From Squalus acanthias (lineage: Eukaryota), in the NCBI GenBank assembly GCA_030390025.1, contig CM059432.1, positions 106,518,001 to 106,582,000 on the forward strand: a stretch of 64,000 bases of DNA, in the 5' to 3' direction. Positions 1 to 12,868 of this stretch are shown in pieces. The translations under genes and the position numbers were made by a program. Every line of letters begins with the position of its first letter. Positions within the stretch are counted from its first letter, which is position 1. Below the pieces are notes generated by a model. That model made no database searches and was not told the DNA's origin. It saw only the letters and a program-made list of their open reading frames with translations.

Positions 1-1987
1 ATTTGTTTAGAACTGCCTCACTGTCCGAATGTTTAAGGTTTTCTTGACACTGGAACTAGGATGTGCTTTTTATGAGCTGCCTGGTATGTGCATTATGTGT
101 AGTAATGCATCAGACACTTGAACGTAGAAAATGACTTCTGTCCTGTTGGTGCATGTTTTTTTACCCTACACATTTTTATGTCTGTAAATGGGCATCTCCC
201 ATTGTTCACAATGGGGTGTAGGGTGTAATTAGATTAGTTTTATTATAAATGTGGAAGAAATACCTCAACCCTTGAACAACTAGATTCCTGTTAACACTTT
301 GGGAACCAAAAAATATTTGCTATCACCCCTGCCCCCCACACAGTTTTATATTCCTTCAACTAAATTAAATAAATATGCTCAAAATACTTGTGTGTAAAAT
401 GTCCCAAGAGGCAATTGAGCATTTACAAACGTGGCTCTCGTCTGGAGAATGGCGTCTTCGAAAATGATGGGACAAGGCTCCCGAAAATTAGAATTGCTAC
501 TGTACAAAATGGTACCTAATGCAAAAGAAAGATTTTATGTTGTTTCTAAAGAAAAGGCAAAATGTGCTGCTCTAAGTTGCAAAGCCCTAGGTGATAAATC
601 TTCAGTTTCCTACACCTGCCACTTTGCTGTATTGAAAACCATATTAAGATGTCATTTCAATTTTTGGGGAATAATAGTTGTTCAGCAAAGTATTTTCTTT
701 AGAAGGATTCAGGTCACCACTGTAAATGTATTCTGGGTACATTTCTCCAATTTCCTTATGAACAGGACATGAGTAACAGAAAATGTTAATGTACACTGTT
801 GAGAGTAGAAATGAAACTCCTGGAATGTTGGTATCAAGAAGCCAAAGTTTACTGATCATTCTACTCATTGGAAAGATGGAGTGAATGTTAGGACAGTGGA
901 TTGTTTAATAAAGGGAAGAAAGCAAAGAAGCAAAATTTGCTTTGATTTTTACCTCTGACATTTTCATTGAAAGAATACTAAGTGAAACTCCAAATGTTAT
1001 CTGCTGTGGCATTACCTGTCATCTTGGGTCTTTTAATCCAGATCTACTATGGAGTCTGCTATTGCCAGTTATCAGACCAGCTACTGCCCCTGCCATGTGG
1101 GTGGAGGTATCACTCATCTGACCTGGTGGTTCTGATCAAGAATGAAGGAAACAATATCTAGGATCTAATTTGTATTTGAACTTAAATTTCATTTAACTGT
1201 AGGATTAATAATTAATTACAATTTAAATATGTTTTGGTACAATACGTTCAATGGTATCAGAGTTTCTATGTTCAGTATTTTTAGTTGTGTTTTTTATGAA
1301 GTAGTTCTTGTTTTCTCATGCTGTGATTTGTTAAATTTTCTACAAACGAATATCTTTTTTGGAAAATGAATATGATGACACACCTTGTAGCTTGAATTTA
1401 CCTTAGACTAACATTGTGCAGGCACATTTCAAGCTCTTGGATAAATTGATCTTGTATGTATGTAGCATTAGCTGTAGTATTTAGTTCATACTACATAAGA
1501 GGGGGCTTGTGGTAAGTAATAACAGACACTTGAACTTTCTGAAGTTTTCTTGTGTCTACATATAAATGTATTAACTTGGTTTATATAAAAAAGTAGTCGT
1601 ATAATGGTACTAGTTAGCTGGTTTATTTTACATGGCTTATAATATAATAGACACAGTCTCCCTGCACAAAAATAGCTACAGTCTATTTCTATTGAAAAGT
1701 TTAAGCCATCGCTATCGCGCAATGATTTTTTTTTAAATCTTTAAAAATAACTGAAATGAGGGGTTGGGTCAGTTTGTTCACAAGTATGAAAAATGAATCA
1801 AAAGCTGTCTCAGTATGAGAGGACTGTACTTCAAGAAAGAATGAATGATCTTGTACTTCTATATGCCTTTCACATCCTCAGCCAATGAAATACTATTGGT
1901 GTGGTCACTGTTTTTGCTTTGTAGGCAAACTTTGCACACAGCAAGGTCCTACAAACAGCAAAAGATATGAATGATCAGTTAATCTAT

Positions 1988-2272
1988 CTCCTTTTGCCTT
2001 GCACCATCATCCCTTTTGTCTCTTAATCTCTCCTGCCTTCCATCCTATCACAGACCTTCCCTTTTGTTCTTTCCTCCCCTCCCCCCCCTTTCCCTGCCCA
2101 TGCACTTGCTTAAGAACCTGTTCCATCTCCAGCTTTTTCCAGTTCTGACGAAGGGTCATTGACCTGAAACGTTAACTCTCTTTCTCCACGGATGCTGCCT
2201 GACCTGCTGAGTATTTCCAGCATTTTCTGTTTTTATTTCAGATTTCCAGCATTCGCAGTATTTTGCTTTTGT
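1988..2272 (+). mobile_element. Penelope-like element terminal (pLTR) fragment, non-coding
   Basis: Same sequence follows the GIY-YIG C-terminus in the copy at 48632-49040; 14-bp TSD atcagttaatctat at 1974-1987 and 2273-2286. Confidence 0.8.
2141..2177 (+). ncRNA. Minimal hammerhead ribozyme motif (family A)
   Basis: AGTT-CTGACGA-A-GGGTC-att-GACCT-GAA-ACGT-T-AACT: core, helix II, palindromic helix III, 4-bp helix I. Confidence 0.7.
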
Positions 2273-5200
2273 ATCAGTTAATCTATTTGTGTTGATGGTT
2301 GTGGGAGGAATGTTTGCCAGACCACTGGGAGAACTCGCTGCTCCTCTTCAAATAACATCTTGGGATCCTTTCCATCCACAAGTACTCAGTTTAATGTCTC
2401 ATCCAAATGAAGATGCCTCTGCCAAAGCAGCACTCCCTCAGTATTGCATTGACATGTCTGCCTAGATTATGTGCTCATCAATTTTTTAATAAAAAGGCGA
2501 ATTCCTCGAACATAACGTGGCTAGTAAGTTGATCAGTTTTATCCTATGGACACACAGCTCGTGCTAGAGATCGAAGTTCTAAAACACTGCTTATTGTTTT
2601 GACTGTTCACTCTTATTTCCCATCCAGTTTTGAGTGACGTACAGTTTCCTAAGCATGAAAGTTGTAAAGTAATGACCATGATGGTGTTACATTAACAGTT
2701 GACAGGAAACTTTGACGTTCAAGAGTTTGACTCTTAAAAATCACTGATTCCTTAATCACTCTTCAAATAAAAAAATTCAAGATTCGGGCAGTTTCGCACA
2801 TGGATAAAAATTCCAGTGGGATAGTGCTACAATCATTGATGTGCTTATTTCCCACATGAATAGAAAGGTTCTTTAGCTGATCCGGGGAATATTTTACATG
2901 GAAATTTGTATTTCTCAGCAACAAATAGACAGATTTTGAAAAGGAAGTTCCTCTATGGAAGACACTTTCCCCGGCTTCCCCCAGAGTCTGAATTGGCATT
3001 GAAAATTGCGTTGGCTTTGGATCATTTTCATACTAGCAATGTGCTCCATTTGTATTGAATTGTTTACGATCATCTGAAGCTACTAATATAATCAGCAGTC
3101 ATTTAAAGGACAGCAGATCTTGAACTTGCTTGGATTGCCTTGCATCTTTGTGAGAATGCATGAATGTCACCAGTGTGCCTCACTGAAAATATATTTTGTG
3201 CATTAGTTCATGTGCTTCTGCTCTGTTGCCTTAGTGCCTAAAGAGACTGAAATATAGTGCAAGAGTCAATTGACAGAAGTTTGAGTTTTGGCACTAGAGC
3301 TATTTTTGTCTTCGAGAAAAACGCACGAATGAAGGATGCCCATCCCCCTCCCAAAATAGAACAAATTGCATTAAGACACTGCATAAAGCACCTTGGGGTG
3401 CAAATCAGTGTAGAGAAACTGGCTTAAGTTGCCCAAACTGCTTAACAGTTACTTTTGGAAGATTGATTTAATTATTCACTGTGCCCACATTGTGCTGCAA
3501 AATCATTTCTCTTTTGGGAAATGTGGGCTGAGGTGAAGAATAAATCTACTTCTCTGACGAGGCTTGTGAACATAGCACCTAAACCCGTGACATGTTCAGT
3601 CATTATATAATGCTCAAAGGAGAAAGATCTAAATGGTTTGTAACCAGTACATAAAACACTTCTCCATTAGCTAGCTGCTTGAATGAATGAATTTTCATCA
3701 TTCCTTCTGGACAGCAAAGTTTCAAAGTAAGTATTTACACACAGCAAATGACAGCTTTGGAGAGATTGATGGTGGCCTTTCAGCTGCTGGTGTTGCAGTG
3801 TTTGTTTCTACTGGGTCCCCCATATGTGACTCTTACAAATGTAAAATTGAACGCCATTATTTGTATCTAGTGATATAGAAAATGCTGATTATATAAATGT
3901 TGCTGGTAAAAAGACAAGAAAAAATAGACATGACTAGAGCTTAATTAAAATTCAGCCAGGACTAAATTCATCTAATGACTGAAACATGCCCATGGTCAAT
4001 GACTGCTCTCAGTGTGAGTGGACACTCAAGTGTTTTACTCTCTACAAATGAAATCATAAAAGTTCTAGTAACTACACAAAGTTTCCTTTTCTGTGTATGT
4101 CTACAGGGTAATCCATCTGGTCTCTGGGTATACAAAAGAACAGCAAATATATGTTCCGCACAAGCGCACTGCCACAGGCTAGGCCATTGAAGTAATCTAC
4201 ATTTTTAAAGGTGGGGCACATTTTTAAATTACCAAGTTGCTGCAATGTGCAAAGTCCACTGCTTTCCATTTCCCTCCGCGCCCCCTTCCCCACCTTCACC
4301 AAAATTGGATACGAGGAATAGTGCAAAAAAGGACAATTTGTATCTAAGTAGCAATTATCCCTTCCAGAAAATAAATATTTGAATGTATTTGGGCAAGGGT
4401 GGTAGCCATTTTGTCATACGGATGCAGGAAGTATGATGGATAGTATTTACATTTTGTAAATAAGGGGAAACTTGGTTGTCTACATTTATCAAGATTCTAG
4501 TCTCAATGGGAATTGAAATTTGCCTTTTCCCCACAAAGACTTTAAATCTACAGGTATTTGATTCTTTAGCAATCTATAGGTAGTTATGTCTACTCCCATT
4601 GGGGAAAATTACATTCTGTACATAATACATTTACCTACCTCAAGTTAACTGTCTGAATTGGAAAGGAATGGGAGGATGTTTGTGCAGTGTTAAAGGTTCA
4701 GCTTGTATACACCAAACACAAAAGGGGAAATCAAAGCACACTAGTTTGAAGAGGTACTGTTAGCAGCCACACTCTCCCAGTAGGGTATCTCTTGTGAGGC
4801 AAAATGATAAATAAATGTTCAAGCTCAGCAGGCCTAACATGCTCAGACTGATTTAAGTATACAGCAAAAGCATAAAGTTATTAGGAAATATAAAATATTG
4901 CCACTGGATTTGTAGTTTTGAGGCAAATAATAGGTGTGATTAAGTATAATCTGGTACAATGTATCTGAGGTACAGCAAGTAAATTAGATGTTCCCTTTAG
5001 TCTTTTGGACATTAGGGTTCAATTCAATGACTCAAATTTGTGAGCACCACAGATATTCCTATACACAGAGTGAATCAAATTCCCTATTCAATCATTGTCT
5101 ATTTTACAAGAGATTGTGTAGTGATTTGAGAACTTTTATTTCTGTTAATGTTTAATTTTTTTAAAACTTTACATTGCCACCTTGTGTATTTACTTTTTAT

Positions 5201-6290
5201 TGTTGGATTCTGACAGCGTAATCCATAACTCTGGCATATCAAGTATAGTCCTGGAGGACTGCATAACCAAACTTTGCCTCAAGTATTATGTTAGCCTTAT
5301 TGATGCCATTTATAGTACAGATACTCCAGTTAATCATGTGCTAATATGGTCTACAGTGGGACATTTACAAGGATTAATGCTTCCATCCTTTTATTTTAAG
5401 AAATTCTATTTTGCAGGTAAAGATTTAAAAAAAAAAAAGTAGCCTTCAGAACATTTTAGTAACTTGTGTGAAAGTGAAAAATTCTACACCTATGTAAGAA
5501 ATGTTTACATTGCATTGGTGCTACTAGTATACTGTTTGAACGGTTTATTAATCAGTTTTGGGTAATCAGTCTGAATTAAGTCTTCCCATGCGTGTTCACG
5601 TCAGATCTTTATGGTAGGTATAAAGTGGGAGTACTTGATTTTGAACAGTAACAGGAATTCAAGGACTGCAGACATTGGGAGGGGCGTTTCGTTTCATAAA
5701 TCTAAATTTTCATTCTAGCTCACTGGAAGGTTGTAGGTTAGATTTCATTCCCATTGTTTAAAACAATTTTTAACTTACTTATTTCTCTGACCCCCATCCA
5801 TATTTGCTCATGAGTAGTAAGGATATTCTGTAGATTATTGGGAAAGTTTTAATGTTTTTAAACATTTCTTGTGGCTATACCTAAAATTGACCAGAAAAAG
5901 TCCATAAAAGTTTAACCTTAGTTCAGACTGGTTTTGATGGCTGGCTTTGAAAAGAATAATCAAAATTTAGATACAAACTTATTTTTGTAAATCGATGTGG
6001 CTTTTTATTGGTTGATATTAACTGTACCAAGATGTACGTCATCACAAACTGTTATAGCTGAAAATGTGAAATAAACCTATGTGTGTTAATCAGTTCTTGC
6101 AAAGATTTATTCTTGTTCTAACATGCTATGTGCTTTCACTGCAGAAAGTAGGTTGCACATAATGGACTATATTAGTATTTCAAATTTAGCTCTTCAAGCC
6201 TGCACTGTGTCTGATTTGCAGAATTCTGTACCGCCATTAGATACATGTTGTGGTTTGTTCTGGCTTAGACACAAAGAAAAACAAATTGAT

Positions 6291-6438
6291 GGGTAATTCT
6301 GACTTTGGATGATAGTATAAAACGGGCAATATCGGATCAGCCGGCCGATCTCTCCCGATTTTCACAGGAGAGATGTACAGTGGGTGGCTGATCCGATTAT
6401 CGCCCGTTTTCGACTACGGCCCAAAGTCAAAATTACCC
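6291..6438. mobile_element. Hairpin MITE (Harbinger/Tourist-like)
   Basis: TIR GGGTAATTCTGACTTTGG vs reverse complement GGGTAATTTTGACTTTGG (17/18); internal arms also complementary; TSD not intact. Confidence 0.75.
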
Positions 6439-6509
6439 AACTGCTGTGATTGCAATGCGTTGTTAAAAGATGTTACACCCAAGAGAATATTAATGCAGCT
6501 CTGTGAAAA

Positions 6510-6700
6510 ATGGTAAAAGTCAGATCAGGGCAGATGTTAGGTGGCACCTTTTCACACAAGGAGTGATTAATACTTGGAATGATCCAATGGGTAAAAAGTG
6601 AAGCCAAAACCTCGAGTCATTCAAGAGGCAGTCAGATGCTGTGTTGGGGGGACTATCGGTTTAAATAAAGGTTGCGCTAGATTGTCCGAAAGACCTCATT
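6510..6700 (+). mobile_element. Old CR1 3'-end relic
   Basis: Degenerate match to the CR1 ORF2 C-terminal region (ttttcacacaaggagtgattaatacttggaat). Confidence 0.55.
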
Positions 6701-7137
6701 TGTTCTTTTTGTGAATTTGGAAACCCCTAAATCAATAATTATTTGTAGATCACGTGGTACCTCTGAAAATATGTTCTGCCTATCTCTGTTCAAAGATTCT
6801 ACTGACAAAAGGCAAGCTGGGAGCTATTTATGCCATACATTTAATGAGCACTTATTATTCAGTAGTTCAAGTCTTGAGGTGAAAGGTTACAAATGAGGAA
6901 TTAAGATGCCATAGTTTTTTGGGAAACTCTTAAATATGAAGTACTTCACTATGCATTTATTTTCCAAGTGTAGCTTTTTAAATAAAATGTTCTACTTTTC
7001 AAAACAGCATTAACCCTGCTCCCAGTGTGGAGCTGATTGCTTTGGTGTGTAGAATATATTCTTCGAATTCTGGTTCGAGTGCAACTGTAAGATTCAGGAT
7101 TTTTTAAGCCCTCCCTGGACAATGCAAAACTGTCGAA

Positions 7138-9872
7138 GGGCCAGAATTTACTGGAGCGGGGCATCTTGGGGCGTGGCCCGTGAGTTGGATTTTCTTTCCC
7201 TCACCCTTCAGCTCAAAAACGTTTTGCGCCACAAATTGCTGGAAGTGCAAATTGATAACGGGGTATCTGAGACTTTGGTGATCAACGGGACCAATGGTCT
7301 GTCTCCTTAACCAATGAAATTTAAGGATTGAGAGAGAACCAGAGCGAACGATGGAGAAGGAAATAGGGTGAATTAAAGTCAAATTAGAAACAAAGAGAAA
7401 TAATGAGCGGGTAAGAAAGATTAGTTTAAGAGTGAGAATAAAGAGACGGGAAAAGTAAGATTACAAATTAAAACATTTTAAAACCTTGGACAATTTACTA
7501 CCTACAGGAATGAGACTCCACAGTTTCAATTGTTCCCTTTCTGGGCCTCCGGGGTTTTAATGGTATTGCGCAGGAACATAAATCTCGTCATTAAAAGGGT
7601 CCTTACGTTGTGAAATACCAACCCTAACTTTCTGCGGTGTTTAATTCATAGAATCATAGGAAGTTACAGCACGGAAGGAGGCCATTTCGGTCTATTGTGT
7701 CCGTGCCGGCCAACAAAGAGCTATCCAGCCTAATCCCACTTCCCAGCTCTTGGTCCGTAGCCCTGCAGGTTAGAGTATCCCAAGTGCACATCCAAGTACT
7801 TTTTAAATGTGGTTAGGGTTCCTGCCTCTACCACCCTTTTCAGGCAGTGAGTTCCAGACCCCCACAACCCTCTGGGTGGAGAAATTTCCCCTCAAATCCC
7901 CTGTAAACCTTTCACCAATTACTTTAAATCTGTGACCCCTGGTTTTTGACCCCTCTGCTAAGGGAAATAGGTCCTTTCTATCCACTTTATCTATGCCCCT
8001 CATAATTTTATACACCTCAATAAGGTCTCCCCTCAGCCTCCTCTGTTCCAAGGAAAACAGACCCAGTCTTTCCTCATAGCTAAGATTCTCTACTCCCGGC
8101 AACATCCTTGTAAATCTCCTCTGTACCCTCTCTAGTGCAATCATATCTTTTCTGTAATGTGGTGACCAGAACTGCTCGCAGTACTCTAGCTGAGGCCTAA
8201 CTAGTGTTTTATACAGTTGAAGCATAACCACCCTGCTCTTGTATTCTATGCCACGGCTAATAAAGGCAAGCATTCCGTATGCCTTCTTAACCACCTTATC
8301 TTCCTGGCCTGCTACCTTCAGGAATCTGTGGACATGCACTCCAAGGTCCCTTTGTTCCTCTACACTACTCAGTGTCCTACCATTTAATGTGTATTCCCTT
8401 TCCTTGTTAGCCCTCCTCAAATGCATTACCTCACACTTCTCCTGATTGAATTCCATTTGCCACTGTTCTGCCCACCTGACCAATTTATTGATATCTTCCT
8501 GCAGTCTACAACTTCCTCCTTCCGTATCAACCACACAGCCGATTTTAGTATCATCTGCAAACTTCTTAATCATACCCCCTATATTCAAGTCTAGATCATT
8601 GATATATACCACAAAAAGCAAGGGACCTAGTACTGAGCCCTGCAGAACCCCACTGGAAACAGCCTTCCAGTCACAAAAACACCCATCAACCATTACCCTC
8701 TGCTTCCTGTCTCCGAGCCAGTTTTGAATTCAACTTGACACTTTGCCCTGGATCCCATGGGCTTTTAACTTCGTGACCAGTCTGCCATGTGGAACCTTAT
8801 CATAAAGCCTTGCTAAAGTCCATATACACTACATCAAATGCACTACCCTCATCTACCCTCCTTGTTACCTCCTCAAAAAATCCAATCAAGTTTGTCAGAC
8901 ACGACCTTCCCTTAACAAATCCATGCTGACTATCCCTGATTAATCGGTGTCTTTCTAAATGAAGATTTATCCTGTCCTTCAGAATTCTTTCCAATAATTT
9001 TCCCACCACCGAGGTTAGGCTGACTGGCCTGTAATTACTCAGTCTATCTTTTTCTCCCTTTTTAAACAAGGGTACCACATTAGCAGTCCTCCAGTCCTCC
9101 GGCACCACACCTGAAGCCAGAGAGGGTTGAAAAATGGTCAGGGCCTCTGCTATTTCCTCTTTTGCTTCGCTTAACAGCCTGGGATACATTTCATCCGGGC
9201 CTGGGGATTTATCTACTTTTAAAGCTGCTAAACCCCTTAATACTTCCTCTCTCTCTATGTTTATTTCATCTAATATTTCACACTCCTCCCCCGATAGCAA
9301 TGTCTGCTTCGCCCCTCTCCTTTGTGAAAATAGACGCAAAGTATTCATTAAGAACCCTACCGACGTCTCCCGCCTCCACACACAGATTACCCTCAAGATC
9401 TCTAATAGGCCCTACCCTTTCTTTAGTTATCCTCTTACTCTTAATATATTTATAAAACATATTTGGGTTTTCCTTGATTTTACTTGGCAAGAATTTTTCA
9501 TGCTCTCTCTTTGCTTTCCTAATATCCTTTTTAATTGCACCCCTGCACTTTCTGTACTCCTCTAAAGATTCTGCAGTATTTAGCCCTCAGTATCTGTCAT
9601 ACGCCTCCCTTTTTTTCTTTATCCTACCCTGAATGTCCCTAGACATCCAGGGGGCTCTAGATTCGGATTTATTGTGCAAAAGCAGCGATTTTTTGAAACT
9701 CATGGAGAGTTTGATGGCAAGATCCCGTTTTCGTGAGGCTAACGGCAAATCGTCCAGCAATTTGTGGCAATTCACACGTCGTATCTCCCTCGCCACAAAT
9801 TGCTGTTTTTTTTAGCACTAATCATGGCGAGTGCCATGAACTCACCATTGTTTTCCTAGCAAAGTCGGGGCC
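7138..9872. mobile_element. Non-autonomous Harbinger-type element(s) interrupted by CR1
   Basis: Ends GGGCCAGAATTTACTGG and (reverse complement) GGCCCCGACTTTGCTAG resemble the other Harbinger TIRs here (12/17). Flanking triplets do not match, so the two ends may belong to different copies. Confidence 0.45.
7646..9662 (-). mobile_element. 5'-truncated CR1 LINE, frameshifted RT
   Basis: ORFs 8800-9396 (YRPVSLTS, YMDFSKA) and 7803-8693 (QGSVLGP, FADDTK); short-repeat 3' tail at ~7646. Confidence 0.95.
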
Positions 9873-11116
9873 ATTATGTCCCATTCTCCAGATTTAAAAA
9901 TTAACCATAAATGTAGAACTGCTGAGAGGTGTACAATTTTTTTTGTGTATCGTGTGGAAATTGATTACTAACTGGTAGTGTGACATGATTTATAGAATGG
10001 ATACGCAAGTCTGCTTGGTTATTTGTGTGTACACAGGCTTTGTAAATGAGCCCAGCTGGGTTTTGACATCATTCAATGTCACAGCCAGATAAAAATGACT
10101 CAGTAATTTATTCTGCAAATTCAGCACAAGATACAATGTTGCACATTTGCCAGTTTCCACATTTCTACCATAGTTTTATATAGAATAATAATAGGTAGTG
10201 AACTCATTAAGAAGTTTAGAAGACAATATAAATGAGGAGGGTGAATCCTGGCATTATACTATTGCCTTGAATTCATTCCAGGGTGTTGTTAATTTTCACC
10301 ATTTAATGTTGGTTTAGTGATTTTTTTTGCGGGGTGGGGTTAGTTCTTGAACTGGTTGTCGATGTTCAGAGGTTGACCACTGGTGCACTCTGCACTGATG
10401 ATGTGTGAAATCATATTGAATGATTCATGATTATGGCAGATTTACTGTGAGTTTGAGAATTTTTGAGTTAATAAATAGGAAATTTTCTCAGTGGATTATA
10501 TTTTAAAGTACTAGTGAATCTCCCATGGTGATACTCATGGTTAGACTGGGATCTGGAGCATGGTTGAAATGATTAGCTCCTAACTTGGTCTGTTCTATGG
10601 GACCACAGCTCCAGTGCTCCCTTTGAGATTCCAGGTAATTGTCGCTGAAGTCAATTAGAGGTCAGTAAATAGTTGATAAATTCCAGACTCCAGATCAATG
10701 GACTGATTTTTTTTCTCTTTTTTAAAGATTGTTTTGCATCTGCAATAAGCGTGATGTATGATGTGGCACCTGGAGCATAACTATATGAATATGATCAGGA
10801 TTATTTGGAATGAAGGGGAGAGCCTACAATCTACTCCCGATAATTTGAAGTTATTTTTGTGCTAAATAAATTGGAATTATCCAATAATTTGAATTAAGCA
10901 AAGGATCATAACACAGCAAAGCGGTAATTTAATAAAAAAATCAAATTAACTGATAATTCAAATTACATTTAAATCTTGAATTAAAATAAGCATTCCTTAA
11001 AACTGATGCAGGTTAAAAAAAGATTGTTACATTATTTTGGGGTGAAAGTTTTTGAACTTTGAGGTTGGTGTTATATAGTTGCCAGCTGGCTGCACTCAAG
11101 CAGACAGCCGGTGGAA

Positions 11117-11812
11117 GAGGGGAATTTTAACTTCTGCCCAAAATGGGCGTGACATCGGCAGAGTGACCGCGCTGCCAGCCCAAAGCCAGTGTCGGAAGCC
11201 CCCCATCATTTGACTGTAGCTGGTGAGTTACGGATGCCATATTGGTGCTCTGCTGCATCTCGCCAGTTGAGGGAGGGCAGGAAATCGTCTGGCTCCTATG
11301 CTGAGTCAGCCAGCAGGTTAGGCCTTGTGGGGGGGGGGGGGGCGGTGGCAGGAGCCGATCCCAGAGTGGGGGTGGGCACAGACTGACAGTGGGCCGCAGT
11401 AATTTTCTGGATCCAAGATGAACACTCCTGCTCCTCCTGGCCCCACAACAATAAGAGGTTTGGGACCCTTTTGTGGAGCGGCCACCAGCAGTCTCTTTAA
11501 GGACCTCAGTTAGGCCACTCACAGCCTGGTACAAATGAGTGGAGCATGCACCGTGCAGACTCCGCTCATTCGTAATTCAAATTGCAATCGGGGTCCTACC
11601 ACGGCATAGGATCCTAATTTGCATATTTAAACAGCCCCTGCCCGAAACTGGTGGGCGTGCTGCATACCCATATAGAGGCCCACCTGACAATTGCATCGAG
11701 GGCAGACAAGGTTCCCAACCCCCACGCCCCCCCACCCCCTCCCGCCAGACTTGCCTCTGCCAACTGCCCACCTTTCAGGCGAGGAACAAGCGGGCGAGAG
11801 TTGAAAATCACA
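11117..11812. mobile_element. GC-rich non-autonomous DNA transposon (Harbinger-type), decayed ends
   Basis: Imperfect inverted ends gggaattttaacttctgccc / cgggcgagagttgaaaatcac; non-coding; GC contrast with flanks. Confidence 0.5.
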
Positions 11813-12204
11813 TTTTTGACCTGTTGCATTTGTGACGTCACTCCTAATTACCTTTGGCTGACTGTCAGTCCATAAAGAATAATTTGCATGTTTGCGCATT
11901 CCACAGATGTTGTGAAAAGCTATTTTCGGAGCTGCCAGCAAACATTGCGAATGGGGGTTGGCAGGTATACAAAAGAGAGGCCAGCAGGGCAATGAATGAA
12001 GTACACAGCTGAAAACAGAGAAGTGAAAACAAAAACAAATTTCAGTCTCTGTTCTCAGAAATAATAATAGAGGGAAAGAAACCCAGCAACAACATATAAT
12101 GTTAAATAGAGACCAACAAACGTGAGGAAAATAAAAGATCAGGGAAACTTACAAACTAATGTCATGTATATCTAGCAGATCAGAATCAATGCCCCCTTTT
12201 AATA

Positions 12205-12410
12205 TAATAGCAAAATACTGCGGATGCTGGAAATCTGAAATAACAACAGAAAATGCTGGAAACACTCAGCAGGCCAGGCAGCATCGAGGAGAGAGAAACA
12301 GAGTTAACGTTTCAGGTCTGGGACCCTTCGTCAGAACTGGAAAAAGTTAGAGATGTAACAGGTTTTAAGCAGGTGCAGAGGCAGGGAAAGGGGGGGAGGG
12401 GAGAAAAGAA
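12205..12410 (-). mobile_element. Penelope-like terminal fragment
   Basis: Reverse complement nearly identical to 48850-49040. Confidence 0.8.
12302..12338 (-). ncRNA. Minimal hammerhead ribozyme motif (family A)
   Basis: Reverse complement AGTT-CTGACGA-A-GGGTC-cca-GACCT-GAA-ACGT-T-AACT. Confidence 0.7.
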
Positions 12411-12681
12411 CATGTTGATCCAGTTTCAGGCCAGTAGAATTGTTAACACTTCTGGCTCCAATCTGTCTGAATGGATGTATAGATTCAAACCGTCTGCATT
12501 TTGTGTGGGCATCCAGTGCGTTTACAGACTTGTCAGTGCATCCACTACTGGTCATCAAAATTTGCCAAAATGCTATAAGGAGTTAATTTGGAGAATGGTT
12601 GGAGTAACGGGGGAAACATTTAACATTGTATAAGGCTTAAGTTGGAGGTTGATGTTAAATTTCAGGTATGCAAATATGTAT

Positions 12682-12868
12682 AAAAGCAAAATACTGCAGA
12701 TGCAGGAAATCTGAAATAAAAACAGAGAATGCTGGAAATACTCAGCAGGTCAGGCAGCATCTGTGGAGAGAAACTGAGTTCACGTTTCAGGTCGATAACC
12801 TTTCGTCAGTTTCTTTCTCCACAGATGCTGCCTGATCTGCTGAGTATTTCCAGAATTCTCTGTTTTTA
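12682..12868. mobile_element. Fold-back Penelope-derived element
   Basis: Inverted arms ~12717-12777 and ~12806-12868; 14-bp TSD atgcaaatatgtat at 12668-12681 and 12869-12882; hammerhead-like motif in the loop (minus strand, cleavage triplet GUG). Confidence 0.8.

Larger units (their letters stand above)
1838..2477 (-). mobile_element. Deu-domain tRNA-derived SINE (SacSINE1-like), decayed, interrupted by a Penelope fragment
   Basis: Reverse complement resembles the full copy at 54069-54536 (e.g. gcagcactccctcagta, tttaatgtctcatcc). Confidence 0.7.
1..6080 (+). other. Possible long 3' UTR (or conserved non-coding region) of an upstream host gene
   Basis: AT-rich and TE-poor relative to the rest of the window; no convincing ORF; AATAAA at 6070-6075 followed by GT-rich sequence; TE density rises sharply afterwards. 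Inference only. Confidence 0.3.

Noticed and set aside
431..772. 113-aa ORF
   Set aside because: GTG start, no recognisable domain and no convincing exon borders.
10545..10700. Weak inverted repeat (gatctggag / ctccagatc)
   Set aside because: Too short and degenerate to call a MITE or structured RNA.
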